The position numbers were made by a program, and so were the translations under genes. The notes beneath the pieces were generated by a model. The model was not told the DNA's origin, ran no database searches, and saw only the letters and a list, made by a program, of their open reading frames with translations. A stretch of DNA of 63,990 nucleotides, counting the filler, from Stramenopiles sp. TOSAG23-2 (taxonomy: Eukaryota), in NCBI GenBank assembly GCA_900128395.1. It is 4 parts of 4 records of this genome, joined end to end, with 100 filler letters (N's around TTAATTAATTAA, not from the genome) between each part and the next. Parts side by side here need not be neighbours in the genome. Positions count along the whole stretch, not along the records: positions 33,138 to 49,567 come from LT649677.1; positions 49,668 to 63,990 come from LT649763.1; 2 more parts are not named here. The stretch is one strand, 5' to 3'. How positions within the stretch are numbered: position 1 is the first letter of the stretch; every line of letters begins with the position of its first letter. Positions 37,281 to 50,837 of the stretch are shown here, piece after piece.

Positions 37281-38135
37281 TTGGGGAGAGTTGAAAATGC
37301 AAGAGAACGTTCAAAAACGTTTTGCAAGAAATGTTTGGAGAGAGAAGTGATTTGCAATATTTTTAAAACTTTTCATGTTAGTGTTAGTGTTGATCGTCAC
37401 ACTTTTGATCGCACTCTCATCACTCATCATATTTTTTTTTAGACTAAAAAATAAAAATTATATGGCCTTATAGGTGAAATCCGCTCTTGCCTCACTCCTC
37501 ATCTGTACAAAACCTTACACCTTATACCTTATACACCTTACGCAGGACACAGGCAGCTTAGAATCCGTCTTGTTCGTTGAGATTTTTTTGGAAAATTGGT
37601 TAAACATGATTGTATGCTAAAAATATCATTTACATTAACATATACATAGCATTCCAATGTAACGTCCCAGAGAGTAACGTGACGGATACATGATAGTTTT
37701 AAAAAAATATCTCCTTCAATCAAATTTAATACTCAAAATCTCCGATTCCATCAACCTATCTGTTAGTAATATTAATATGATAATACCATAGAAATGGTAT
37801 TATTTTATGATATATTTATTATACCATTTCTTCCATTCGTCTCTTCCGTTACTTTCACAACAACTATTAACATGCACATATCACTTGGTATATACCCATA
37901 TATATATAAATATATATATATATGGGTACACACACATACATAGATGGGGCAGCGAAGATAGTCAAAGAGAAAAAACAACAAAAGAATCAAGAATTATCAA
38001 AACAGGCAATTGAAGAATCATTAAAACACATATAATATACAGATTATTTGTGAAACATTTCTATTAGTACAGTGTGTAATTTAATTTACTTTACGATATA
38101 TTAATAATATTATTAACAAAAAAAAACAAAAAAAC

Positions 38136-40398
38136 ATGGCGGAACAAGTATTAGATATCATTGACAAAGGAAGTAATGTCATGGAAAACATTGGGACAAC
38201 GGAAACGATTGTAGAAGTTGGTGGGCTTGGAATTGCGGGGACAACAGCTGTTGCAGGTACTGTACTTGATAAGAAAAAATCATCATTATCGTCCTCTACA
38301 AAAGTAATTCCAACAAATAAGAAAAAACCCCGAAGACAAATATCACGTGTACGTTCATATACTAAAAAAAAAGTCAATTCATGTGGTAGAAAATTAAATA
38401 ATTTTGCGCACAGATATCCAAGATTCATTTCATTCATAGTTAACGCTAACATTATATTTAAATTAATATGTTATTGGTTAGATGTTACATCAGATGTTGC
38501 ATTAACAATTAATTTATACCAGTCGACAAATGCGCTTGTTCAACGATTATATTATTCGATGGTTTTCTTTTTAGTCTTTCAATTTGGACTTGGTTGGTAT
38601 GGATTAAATTTATATTTTAGAAATGATTTATATAAAGATCCAGAAAAACGTTTAAATGTCGATGAAGAAGTATTTGTTGCAGACGATGATGGCGAAACTA
38701 GTGTGAAAGGAACTATATCAAGTGTTAACGATAATAATACATATAATTGGAAAGATAAAAACGGCAAAGAATATACAAATGTTGCATTGAATAAAATTTA
38801 TTACAGTCATAAATCATCGAAAGCACATACAAAAAAAAGAACTCAGAAAAATTCGTAACAATCGAATCAAACGTTCGATATTACTTCCAACATCATTGAC
38901 ATTTATACCATTTTTAGATATACACATGATGGTATATCGTAGATTTGAACGATGTCATTCTGTGAAATTTTTATCATTTATGATTCAATATGAAGCATTA
39001 CGTACAGTTGTTGAAGTTGTATTTGAATCGATACCACAATCAATTATACAAGTAATATTATATTATAATTGCGGATCCAATGATAAAATATGTGGTTTTG
39101 ATGCAAATGAAGCATTGGATTTATATTTTTTTAAATTAACAACAACGGAAACATTAACGTTATCAATGTCATTGTCTTTAATATCAGTATTACGAATGGT
39201 ATTGGAAGTTTATATAACAACACATTCAATGGGTATAAGTGTTAGGCAATATTTCCAACACTTAATTGAATTAGGTGGTGGATTGAATTTAGATGCAATT
39301 CGTTTAAATAAAATCAATGCGGTAACATATTTCAATTTACCTGATGCAACTATTAATGAAATATGTAATGTGATGAAAAAAAATAAATCCGTAACATCAT
39401 TTCAAACGGATTGGGTAAATTTAAGTGAAGAACAGATTGAAAAGTGGACCAGTATAGGCCATGCTGCGGTATTGGCAAGTTATTATGAATTTTTAGGTGG
39501 GTCACCGTTGATTGTTGCATGTGAGAAAGATGATTTGAAAGTTGTGAAATTTATTGTTGAGAATCATGATGTGGAAAGTAGTGGTATGACAGTGAATGAA
39601 ATGTTGAATCAAGAAGGGAAAGATAGTGGAGGTACTGTAATTCTTCCACTATTGGTAGTGAAATCAAACGATATTATTAAACAATATTTAATAAAGAAAG
39701 GTGCTGAATTGGAAATTGCAACGGCATTTGTTAAAGAGTTAAATGAGAAATATAGGAAAGAATTTCCACGCGGTACACCAATAGTATGTGCATGTGAAGA
39801 AGGACGTTTTGAGGATGTGAAATTATTGATTACAGGCTATAATGATGTGAATGGTAGTAATGGTAATAATAATAATATGACATTGAAAGAATACGTGAAT
39901 CAAGTCGGTATAAGTAGTGATGGTTATAGTCGTACACCTTTAATGGCAGCTGCAGAGAACGAGCATTTCCAAATAGTTAAATATTTAATTGAACAAGGTG
40001 AAGCTGATCCTAATATTGCAAGTAGTAATGGATATAATGCATTACATTATGCAGCATATTATAACAAAAAGGATACGGAGTTGATTGAGTTCTTATTAAC
40101 TAATATGCCTCTTAATTTCGACGTAGTTAAATATTTGATTGAACAAGGTGAAGCTGATCCTAATATTGATAGTTATGGAGATAATGCATTACATTATGCA
40201 GCATATTATAACAAAAAGGATACGGAGTTGATTGAGTTCTTATTAACTAATATGCCTCTTACTAGCATTAATAAGAAGCAGTACCAGGGGGGATACACTC
40301 CCCTGGACATGGCATATCGTCATAATGATAGTCCACTTCGCCAAGAGATCATTGATCTTATACGTTCAAAAGGTGGAAAACGTAAAGAAGAATTATAA
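38136..40398 (+). CDS. XK-related (Xkr-like) multi-pass membrane protein fused to ankyrin repeats, +1 frameshift in the A8 run at 38831-38838
   Basis: XK motifs YWLDVTSDV and EVVFESIPQSIIQ, SLSLIS; ankyrin repeats GSPLIVAC, RTPLMAAA, GYNALHYAA, GYTPLDMA; removing one A fuses the two ORFs. Confidence 0.7.
39975..40261 (+). repeat. Near-identical tandem duplication of an ankyrin unit (about 147-150 bp period)
   Basis: VKYLIEQGEADPNI...NALHYAAYYNKKDTELIEFLLTNMPL occurs twice with about 80 nt identical. Confidence 0.85.
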
Positions 40399-41049
40399 AA
40401 AAACATAAAAGATATAAAATATATAAAATATAAAACAATAATATCATATATTCTATATTTTGCTATAACACAATTCACAATTTTTTTATGTGACACATTG
40501 CGTATCTCTATAAAACTAAAACCTTTTTTGCATTCATTTCAAACTGGCAAAATAATAATAATTATTATATAATTTTAAAAAAAGACTAAAATGAAAAGAC
40601 AACATTTATTAAATCTTGATACCAACATCAATAACAAATTATCAGTGACTGTTTGCAATATTGTGATACATAATTAAGTGCATCTACGTGTATAGTTATG
40701 ACTGCCACATCACATTGATCATCGAAGATTTTGATTGTATTAATAATATTATACAAGAAGAAATTATATATATATAATGCTAAATTATATATATGTTTTC
40801 TTTGTTTATAAAATTACTAAAAGATGCTTATTTATTTTTAATTAAATTATATAAAACACACACATAACAACTAACGTCAGTAATGCGTTAGGCGCACATC
40901 TAGACTACTTGCAAACCATGTCAAGTTATAAGAGTGTGAAGGATTTCAAGTATAAAATTAATATCATATTCGTAAAACATAAGAGAGATTATAAAAATAT
41001 TTTCAAATTTTACACAATTTTTACACACAATTTCCAACAATCTGTACTC

Positions 41050-43739
41050 TCAAAACGTCTCATGTAAATCTAAATATTCCCCTGCACTGACAGGTGGTTT
41101 AATCACATGACTATATTTATCTTTCTTATTATTATTTTGTTGTATATAATTATTATGCATTGCAATACGTTTACGTTCTGCATCTTTTGCTGTTTCTTTT
41201 GCTTCAAATGATTTAAATGCAAATCCACCAGCACCGATTGCTTTCCAATCTGGATTCGTATTTCCACTAACACTATATGGATCACGCAATTGATTTCGTA
41301 TATTTGATGCACGTTGATGTCGTCTATTTGCATGTGCTTTTCGCATACGTAACATATGTTTCTTTTCACTTTCTTGTCTACGTCGTTCACGTGCTTGTTC
41401 AGGTGTTTCTGGTGGTTTATTTCCATTACGACTACGTGGTGGTGTTCTGTTATTATTATATTGTCGATTCATTCGATCTTGTTCTACCACATTACTATTT
41501 TCTACATCATCATCATCTTCATATGACATTTCATTACTTATATATGGACTTGATATAATATTATAATCATTTTCCGCTATTTTTTGTACCATACTAAATC
41601 GTTGCGATGCTCTACGTTCTTTATTCCATGCAACACGATGTTTGGAATTTTCAGGTGCACCTGATCCAGCTTTTTTTTTACGTACTCTACTTTGTCGTCG
41701 ATCTACATTTGGTTCAAATGTACAACCTTTTAAATATCCATCATTACGTTCTTTAATTTTCCTTTCAATCTTTTGATCACGTTTTCGTAACCATTTATTT
41801 AAACGATATTCCGGTGCATCGCTCATCATATTGTTGTTCATTCGATTACTATTTGTTGTACCATTACCCATACCCATTTTTTGATATGTACGTTTTGATT
41901 TGGATCTATTTGGTTGAAATGTACATTCCGCTAATTCTTTATCTTCTTTTTCTTTACGCAATCGATGTAAATCTTTATGCCATGTTTTATGATCACGATG
42001 TAAACGTTCCCCAAAATCAATTTTACGTTCACCTTTTTGTAAATTTTTCACTGCATTTTTTGTTTTTGCAATACGTTCTGATATTTTATTGACTTGAGGT
42101 TGAAAAGTTAATTCAGGATCTAATATATCCGATGGCAAATGGCCTTTTTTATTATGATGTGATTGTTGCCTTGCACCTACATTATTACGTTCATAATCAT
42201 TGATTTCACGTTTAATTGATAACATTTGCAATTCTCTCATTTGTTGTTTCGTATGTTTTGTTAAACGTTCCGATGGTTTTTCCAATTTATTTGCAATACG
42301 TAATGAACGTTTAGATAATCGTGGACGTGCTTGTGCCTCCTTCGCTTTCGATTCCAATTGTCGTAATTTATCTTTTTTTTTCAATACTTGTTGTGCACGA
42401 TTATATAAACTATGACCTTGTGGTGCTGTATTTCCACCATCGTTTTGATTATCAATATTTCCTCCACCTCTTCCTCCACCACGTGATGCTAAATTTCGTA
42501 AATCTCTTTGTGTATTGCTATGAAATGCTGCAGCTGCTTTTGCACGTTCAATTTTTTCCAATTCAGCACGTTCAACACGTTCACGATGACGTTGTTGTTG
42601 TTCCACCGCACTATTATACAATCGATCACCTATTGGACCTTCCCGTTGCAATTGTGCTGCCATACGTGTAATCGCTGGATTCCCTGGTACTTCTTCATAA
42701 AATTTTTCTTCTTTCATATTTTCCATATGCATACGTTGTGCAGGTGCTAAACTATATAAATATTCAGACACATCTTCATATCGTTTACCAGCAACTAATT
42801 GTTTACTACGATTATTAATTTGTGGTTTATGTGTTGCCTCTGCACTTTCCTTTGAACGTGTTTCATACATTGCATGTAAACGTTTACGTTCTTTTGATGC
42901 TTCCCATGCACGTGTACGTTCAACAACATTACCTGGACCAAGATCAATTTGTACATGTTTATTGATTTGTGGTGCAAATGTCGGTTGGTTCTATTTGTGT
43001 GTGTGTGTATTTTATTTTTTTTAGTTGTTAGAAGAGTTTTTTTGATCATATTTTGTTAATTTATATTTTGAGATGTTTTGTTGTTATAATATATTTTGAG
43101 ATGTTTTGTTGTTAAAAAAGTATATATATAACTTACCATTGCTGCTTCTTGTTCACGTTGTACACGTTGCATTTCTTTTTTTTGTAATAAACGTTCATGT
43201 TCTTTTGCCATACGTACTTCTACTGGTTCTGTACGTTGTAAGGATCTTGCAGTTTCACTAATTTGTGGTTGAAATGGATATGAATTGAATTGCTCTTGTG
43301 AATGTAATAAACGTTGTTCTTCCATATATTCTTTTTTAGCTTTCCCACGTGCAATTAAATGGTCTTCAATAGTATCATGTTGTTCCCGTCCACTACGTCC
43401 TTGTCCACGCACAGGTGCATATATACTAGATGCATTACTATTCATACTTTGATTGATATTTGAATACTCATCATCGTCGTATATATCATCATTATAATCT
43501 TGTGAATAATCATTCTCGTTACTACTACTATTATTGTTATTGTTACTACTTTCCATTAAATTTTTATGCTCTTCTAATTTAGCACGTATTTTTTCTTTTA
43601 ACCCTTCCGTTTCTTCTGTAGTTACTTTTAATTTTTGTATACGTTGTTTATGTCGTTCTAATAATTGATCCGTACGACGTTTTGTATCTGCATGTTGTTG
43701 TGCTTGTAAATCATTTTCATCATACCCATCATTCATCAT
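41050..43739 (-). CDS. Coiled-coil protein with repeated (T/P)F.P.(I/V)(N/S) motifs; intron 42991-43136
   Basis: Minus-strand intron GTAAGT...ATAG joins 201 and 647 codons in frame; repeats PFQPQIS, TFAPQIN, TFQPQVN, CTFQPN, CTFEPNV; microtubule association is only a guess. Confidence 0.75.
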
Positions 43740-44569
43740 TGGTTTTATTTTTTAATGAATATGTATGTATGTATGTATAAAACTAAATTTAATAAATATT
43801 AGAAATAATAATAATTGGTGAAACGGACGTGTAATAAATAAAAATTACTAAAATCTTCAAATCTTAATTTTGTATGAAAAAAAATAAAAATTGTTTGAAC
43901 TAACACTTTCAGCCAGACACACAACAAATATTAAGTGTTAATATGAATGAATAGACTATTTCTATTAATAATATTATGATCACTATCGATATCTCTCTAT
44001 ATTGTTTGTACACACATATACAGATACACAATCATCAATATATATATGTAATAATATATAAGTTAAGACCAATTTAGGTGAATATATTTCAATAGTGTGC
44101 TGTGTTAATTTATGATGAAGAATCCCATTCTGTTTCGGCCCCTATCATTCATAACGAATTTATAGCTTTTTCCACTTATAATATCCATGTTTGTAGTGCT
44201 GTGAACGGCCTAGTATATTAGGATAGATATAGCATTGTTACGAATAGTATGAACACAGCATTCATTGTCATTAACATGGAAATAGCACCAGTCAGTCATT
44301 TTAGTGCTGTGGACAGCCTAATATATTAGCATTGGTACAACATAGAAAGATCCAGCCCGCCGTCCACCCAGCTTGTGTTTCAAGAGAAAACGGTCTGGAC
44401 AAAAAGGTTTTTTGATTTTTGATGAGTTTTGAATGCATGAAATTTTAATTTATAACGCACTGAAGTTAAAGGTGAAAAATATTTACTCTCGCATATATAT
44501 TTAAAGCATATGCACATGTTTTTTCATACAGACCTGTGAATGTGCGAACGTCCAAAAACTTCAACATTT

Positions 44570-44839
44570 TTACGACACCTTCATTTTATCAATATTGCCT
44601 AGTTTTTTAACTTTTTGTAATTGCTTTGTTAAACGTTGTATGGTTGCTTGCAATGCAATAATTTGTGATGCTTGATCGGTGGTAGTTTTAGTTGCTGATG
44701 GTGTATTTGTCGTTGTTGTTGTTGTCGATGATGATGGTGGTACGGAATCATTGCTTGTTTCTACTTTTAAACTATCAGCAATAGATGTACCATTCGATTT
44801 GATGGAAGATGACGATGGTGATGATGACATGATTGGCAC
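44570..44839 (-). CDS. Short hypothetical Ser/Thr-rich coiled-coil ORF (possible gene fragment)
   Basis: 89-aa ORF with host-like codon usage and no recognisable domain. Confidence 0.3.
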   Translation of the reverse strand: MPIMSSSPSSSSIKSNGTSIADSLKVETSNDSVPPSSSTTTTTTNTPSATKTTTDQASQIIALQATIQRLTKQLQKVKKLGNIDKMKVS

Positions 44840-44899
44840 ACGGTCGGTCTCACGGTCTCTCTCACGGTCTATTTTACCCCCCAGATAAGAAGTAAAATC

Positions 44900-45170
44900 T
44901 CAAATCGAACCAAATTAAATCCACAACAATCAGGACAATCAATCAAGTCAAATCAATCCACAACAATCAAATCAACTCAATCAAATAATCAACACCTTTA
45001 ACTATATAATCAGTCCACAACAACCAATCCAATCCAATCAATCAGTCCAATCAACTCAACTCAATCAACTCAGTCGAAACAAATCAAATCCAATCAAGTC
45101 AACTCAGTCGAAACAAATCAACTCAAATCAATCCAGTCAATCAATCAACTCAACTCAAATCAAATCAACA
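44900..45170. repeat. Degenerate pentamer satellite (AATCA/ACTCA/AGTCA)n
   Basis: Direct observation of 5-bp periodic CAAT/CAACT/CAGT units. Confidence 0.85.
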
Positions 45171-45212
45171 CTTTTATAAACTATATATATATATATATAC
45201 AAACACACACAC

Positions 45213-45259
<47 letters not shown>

Positions 45260-45877
45260 AAATTATTATCAACACAAATATATAACGTATCACTATTAGG
45301 AAATAGAAAATAAAGCATAAATAACACAGGTAACAATAAGAAAAAACAAATATGTGTGCCTATTTATAGCATTATTTTCATCCTCATGTTTCTAATGCTG
45401 TGTGCCTACTATTAGTCTATGACACATTCTCTCTCTGCAACGTTATTCTTACATTCTTACTGTATAAAGATTGAAAACGCCTCTTCTTGAAATTGATGGC
45501 AAAAGTAATGAAATTTGCTAATGAAGAAGAAATTGAACGAATGAAACAATGGCAAGCAGCACAAGCCGGTTCAAAAAAATAATTGTTCACACGTATCTCG
45601 CCTTTTTTAATGAAAGTGGCATTGACTTTTTTTTCCACACATAAAAGGATACGAGTCTGTGAAAAAATAAAAATCCCAGCAAGGGATCTAGAGGAGAGAA
45701 TTGATAAAACACATTTTAATTTAAAAACGTAAAAAATTTTACGCTATCATCATCTAAAAATATAATATTTTATTATAACATTTGAAATACATGATTTTAC
45801 GGTCTTTTCACTTTTCACACACTCCTCTCCCCCCCCTTTCGAATCATTTTTCTACCAAAAACGTTCACATTCCTCAC

Positions 45878-46810
45878 TCATATCAATTTATTATATAATA
45901 TAGTACTCAACGTCATATCAATATAATTCCATCGTATGCAACTATATGATGATGTTGATCCACCATGAAAGTCCATACCAAGTTGTTGAAATGTTTCCTT
46001 TGTATATTGATCTTTATTATCATTGAAACATGTATTTTGTTGTATTATATCATATTTACGCCAATATTCTTCTACAAACATTTGTATCATTTGTTCTAAT
46101 ATCGTTACATGTTTTACAGCATGATGGTTTATATTTGCTGCATCGACATCATCATCATCCCTAACATTATCTTCGTCTTCTTCTTCTGCAGGATCATACG
46201 GTATTGATGTTAATAAATCATGTGCTTGTAACATAGTCAATTGCATTTTTTTCGTAGAGGAATGAAATCCATCCAATTCAACACGTAAATTTCTCCAATT
46301 ACGTTCAATTTCTTGCATATGACGGGTTAATAATTTTATACCAATGTTTGGAAATTCATTCAATACACCAAATTTATTATCTGCTACAACTATATTATTA
46401 TTATTGCTATCATTATTATCTGAACTTATAGACATATTTTTCATTGACATTTCAATATCATTATTATTATTATTATTTACATTATTATTATTTACATTAT
46501 TATTGAATACATTTATTGATTTATTATCAATATTATTATCACGAGTTGCATTACTTAATTCTCGTAACAATGGTAGACGTTCTGCTAAATTATTTATACT
46601 ATTAAACGTTGCTTGCGATGACCGTTCAATATCATTCCATTCATTCATATATTTCACAAATTTATTATAAATATTTTTTAATTTTTTATTTAATTTAACT
46701 ATTATTACATTATTTTTAGTAGAATTTAAATTATTATTATTATTATTCCCATCAGATGCTTTTTTTAATTTTGCTCTACGTTTTGCATTATTTGATTTTT
46801 TACGTGGCAT
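45878..46810 (-). CDS. Hypothetical coiled-coil protein
   Basis: About 310-aa ORF starting MPRKKSNN with Asn runs and helical segments; no family recognised with confidence. Confidence 0.7.
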   Translation of the reverse strand: MPRKKSNNAKRRAKLKKASDGNNNNNNLNSTKNNVIIVKLNKKLKNIYNKFVKYMNEWNDIERSSQATFNSINNLAERLPLLRELSNATRDNNIDNKSINVFNNNVNNNNVNNNNNNDIEMSMKNMSISSDNNDSNNNNIVVADNKFGVLNEFPNIGIKLLTRHMQEIERNWRNLRVELDGFHSSTKKMQLTMLQAHDLLTSIPYDPAEEEDEDNVRDDDDVDAANINHHAVKHVTILEQMIQMFVEEYWRKYDIIQQNTCFNDNKDQYTKETFQQLGMDFHGGSTSSYSCIRWNYIDMTLSTILYNKLI

Positions 46811-47513
46811 ATTTCTCACAGATGATTGTAAAATAAATCAGTAATATGTATACACAGATTGGAAAATTCAACATTTTTATTTTCACCGGGTTTGTATTTC
46901 CAACTATTCCAAAGCCCAATGCAATTATACATATGTGATGTATTTATATGTATCAATAATGCTGCAATAAGAAAAAAACGCAACTTACGTAATAACTAAA
47001 TAACGGGGGGCATAGACAATGATATGACAGTGTTATTTACAAAAATAACACGGATTACAACCAAATCAATACTATATCTATATTAATATACTAGTAATAA
47101 AAGACTGAAATACTAGAAATAACTTGAATGGAAATAGATTTCTTAAATAAAGATACATATTATACCACATCTAAGACTATTAATAACTATGATACGAATA
47201 TATGAAAACATGATAAATATGGAAATTTATTTTCCTTTCATACGATTGGCTGTTTTTTCCATGCAAACTTTATTATAATAATTGCAATACACAAATAAAC
47301 GTTGTAAAAAAAAAAAAACTAAACATAGAATAATATATTGCACAAAACTACATGTAATTCCTCCCATCATACAAAAAGATATCTTATTGATCAATAACAA
47401 CGACAAATTCATATACAAACACACAAGTATACCCACTCCAAATATACCACTTATACTATAGTCTGGTTTGACAATCCATCCTCCATTTTTCCTCGAATCC
47501 TCTAATATAACCA

Positions 47514-48997
47514 ATGTACAACAATCAACAACAACAACAACAACATTCCTCCAAAAACACGTCGTATATAACATTTTTGAATACAACATTATTGTACATT
47601 TTTATTATCATTTTTAACATTAATCATACCAATGCACAAAAACATTGTACAGTATCAGATCTTTTCACGGATACAGGTGGTGTACGATTTAGAAAACCGT
47701 TAACTGATATACCAACTAATTGTATTTCATTTGAAGGTACTGGTGCTGTAGAAACGAATGGTTATGATAGTTTATTAGGTATATTAACTGATATTATGAC
47801 AGTAGAAGAAATAGTTTTAAATTATGCATTGTTAGGAGATAATGGTGCGAGTGATTTTGCAGATTGGTATAAAATAAACAAAGATGCTGGCACGTTATCG
47901 AATCTAGAACGTATATCCTTACAATTAAATGATATAAGTGATGTTGGTGTTATAGCATTAGCAAAAGCATTATGTTCCACAGGTACAGGTTGTGATACTT
48001 CTCCAGTAAAAGAATTATCGTTACATACAAATGATATAGGATATGGTGGTGCACAAGCAGTTGCTAATTTAATTGCTGGTACAGATAAAGGATTAGAAAT
48101 TATTAATTTAGGTGAAAATCATATTGGTGAATCTGGTGGTACTGCATTAGGTGTTGTAAGTATTATATATATAGTTATGATTAATTATATTCTGAAGTAG
48201 ATCATTTTGTCAAAGTACATTAAAAATATAAAAATAACAACAACAATCACAACTAACAATCATATATAAAACATCATATTATACAACAGGCATTGAAAGA
48301 TAATACATATTTAAAACGTTTAATATTATACGCAGATCCATTAGGTGTTAACAATACAAAATCCATATCAGATGCAATGATAGAAGGTAATTTTGCATCT
48401 GGTATTATTTCTAATTTATATGTGATTGGTAATAATATTAATGATAATGGTTTAGTCGCAATTGCAGATGCATTAAAAGCTAATACGGTATTGACACATT
48501 TAGATATAGGTAAAAATGTCATAAAAGACCCAGGTGCATTACTATTATATGCAGCATTAAGTAATCAAGTTGGTAATGCAAATAGTGCAGTCGAAGTGTT
48601 AGGTTTACAATGGAATTACATAACAAATGTAGGTGCAAATTTAATAGCAAAATTATTAACTGAAAATAATAAGATAAAATGTTTAGATTTACATGCAAAT
48701 AGAATTGAATATAATGGTACAAAAACAATTGCAAATGCATTAATGCATAATACGGCATTGAAATATTTAGATATTAGTTCCAATTTATTAACACAAGCTG
48801 AAATTTATGATTTAAAACAATATTTTAAAACGACTGCAACGAATTTAGATTATGTTTTTTTAGATACAAATGATTTAGGTACATATAGTTGCATGAAATT
48901 GAAATATTGTGATATCGATGATACACGTTTAAATGATATTTGCAATAATAAAAATATTACTGAATATCATAATGATGTTATTGGTTGGAGAAGGTGA
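47514..48997 (+). CDS. Secreted or membrane-anchored RNI-like leucine-rich repeat protein; intron 48156-48289
   Basis: Hydrophobic N-terminal segment; repeated L.L..N.I.D.G..ALA.AL..N..L..L units; intron GTAAGT...ACTAAC...CAG joins the exons in frame. Confidence 0.85.
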
Positions 48998-49567
48998 TTC
49001 ATTTTAATTTTATATTTATAAATAAATATACAATTTGTTTCGGTTTTACAAGGTGGAGAAAAGTGGGGCATTAGAGAGATGGTGATGATAGTTTGTGATT
49101 CAGACAAGTATTCAGTTTTGAATATATATATATACAAACTTGATGTGCTCCTAATTTTTAACTTTTAAACTAATACTGTAATGAAACAAAATAACAGACA
49201 GTGTTTCTTTTGAAATAAAGTCTAGTTTTGTACTTAATATACTCATTATTATACTTTATACTGAACATTTGCCTATCTAAAACTTTTAAAAAATTATTCT
49301 ACTATTACTATAACACTATAACTAAAAATTTTGTAAGTCATCAATATAATACATAATACTACATACAATTATTATCAATTTTTATGGCAGTTATACAGTT
49401 ACCATTTAAGAAAGAGAAAGAAGTATTGGATAAAAAGTTGCATTTATATATAAAATAGATATAAATTGCATATCATATAGTAATAACAAAAAATAAGAAT
49501 GAATCAACAATACTTGGAAAATGCAGATACGGCGATGACAGCGGTTGGTATCGGTACAGCTGTAGCA

Positions 49568-49667
49568 NNNNNNNNNNNNNNNNNNNNNNNNNNNNNNNNN
49601 NNNNNNNNNNNTTAATTAATTAANNNNNNNNNNNNNNNNNNNNNNNNNNNNNNNNNNNNNNNNNNNN
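49568..49667. other. Artificial contig spacer
   Basis: N44-TTAATTAATTAA-N44. Confidence 0.99.
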
Positions 49668-50090
49668 GTATATAGGCTATTAAGTATAGTTTATCAACGG
49701 TATGATTTAAGGATAATCAAGTGTTATTTAAGGACAGTAAGGATAAAGATAAATTGATGGATATGAGCAGGGTTCCAATTTATCAACGCAATTTTTTTGT
49801 TTGTTACCAGTTATGCTCTCAGGAAGTCCCATTACCAATCAAACATTGACACACCATTGGACACCTTAGACATCCGGGAATAACTGGTATAAGAAGTGTT
49901 ACCATCCGCAGTAACATATTGTAAAATATTAATAATTTCAAATTATTAATAATATCAAATTTAAATCATACACCTTACTTGAATTTTACCGCATCATAAT
50001 ATATATTAAAACGTGTCTTTAAATATATATTAGCACACGACACGAATACGGTAATAATTTATGTTTTTGAAATAGGCAAAAATTATTATC

Positions 50091-50714
50091 ATGACAACAT
50101 TAACTTCTAATACCACATCTCAAAACGTAACAAATTGGTGTTCTGGACACGGCGAATGTCTCACTAGTAATAACGCAGTGTGCGAGTTTAACTGTACGCG
50201 ATGTTCAAATTATGAATTTTGCCAAACGGCGATGCCTGCTATTACTTTAAATCATAATCTTGATGGTCATTGCATAAATTGTGATGTGCTCTGTATACGT
50301 TTGGAATTTAGAGATACAAGTGGAGCATGTGCTGTTTGTCTTGAAGAAAAGGGCAGAGAAATGAAGTTTCCTTCCTGTACTCACTGGTTTTGTACCGATT
50401 GTATGCGTGTAATTTTACTAGGTAAAAATGAAGAGGAATATCATTTAAGTCCTGTTCCATATGGATGTCCTCCCTGCCCCAATGGATGCGTTAATCCAAC
50501 AAGAGGAAGACAGTGTAATTGTTTTGAATGGGACAATGGGTGGGAAGAAGAAGGGCCATTAGGTCCAAGGTTTCTTTGGGAACAAAGTAATTCTGTTGAC
50601 GTTCAACGATGGAGCCGTGATGAAAGTTTGTCTATACAACATGGTGAAGGGACAGCATCATCTTATGGTTCAAATACGTGTCCAATATGTAGAAGCGAAA
50701 GTGAGCTTTTTTGA
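50091..50714 (+). CDS. RING-finger (C3HC4-type) protein with Cys-rich insertion
   Basis: CAVC...CTHWFCTDC...(insert CPPCPNGC)...CPICR. Confidence 0.8.
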   Translation: MTTLTSNTTSQNVTNWCSGHGECLTSNNAVCEFNCTRCSNYEFCQTAMPAITLNHNLDGHCINCDVLCIRLEFRDTSGACAVCLEEKGREMKFPSCTHWFCTDCMRVILLGKNEEEYHLSPVPYGCPPCPNGCVNPTRGRQCNCFEWDNGWEEEGPLGPRFLWEQSNSVDVQRWSRDESLSIQHGEGTASSYGSNTCPICRSESELF

Positions 50715-50837
50715 GCTCATTTTTTAGTTTAAATTTACAATATATTTGTAACATTTTGTAATTTAATGTAAAATTATACAACTGTAGTTATTTATTATGT
50801 TGTTTAATAAAATAATAACCTCTTCACTTTCACTCTG

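Noticed and set aside
45439-45582. GRIP/GRAB-like peptide NVILTFLLYKD*KRLFLKLMAKVMKF on the + strand
   Set aside because: Short, interrupted by a stop, with no start or upstream exon; similarity too weak to call.
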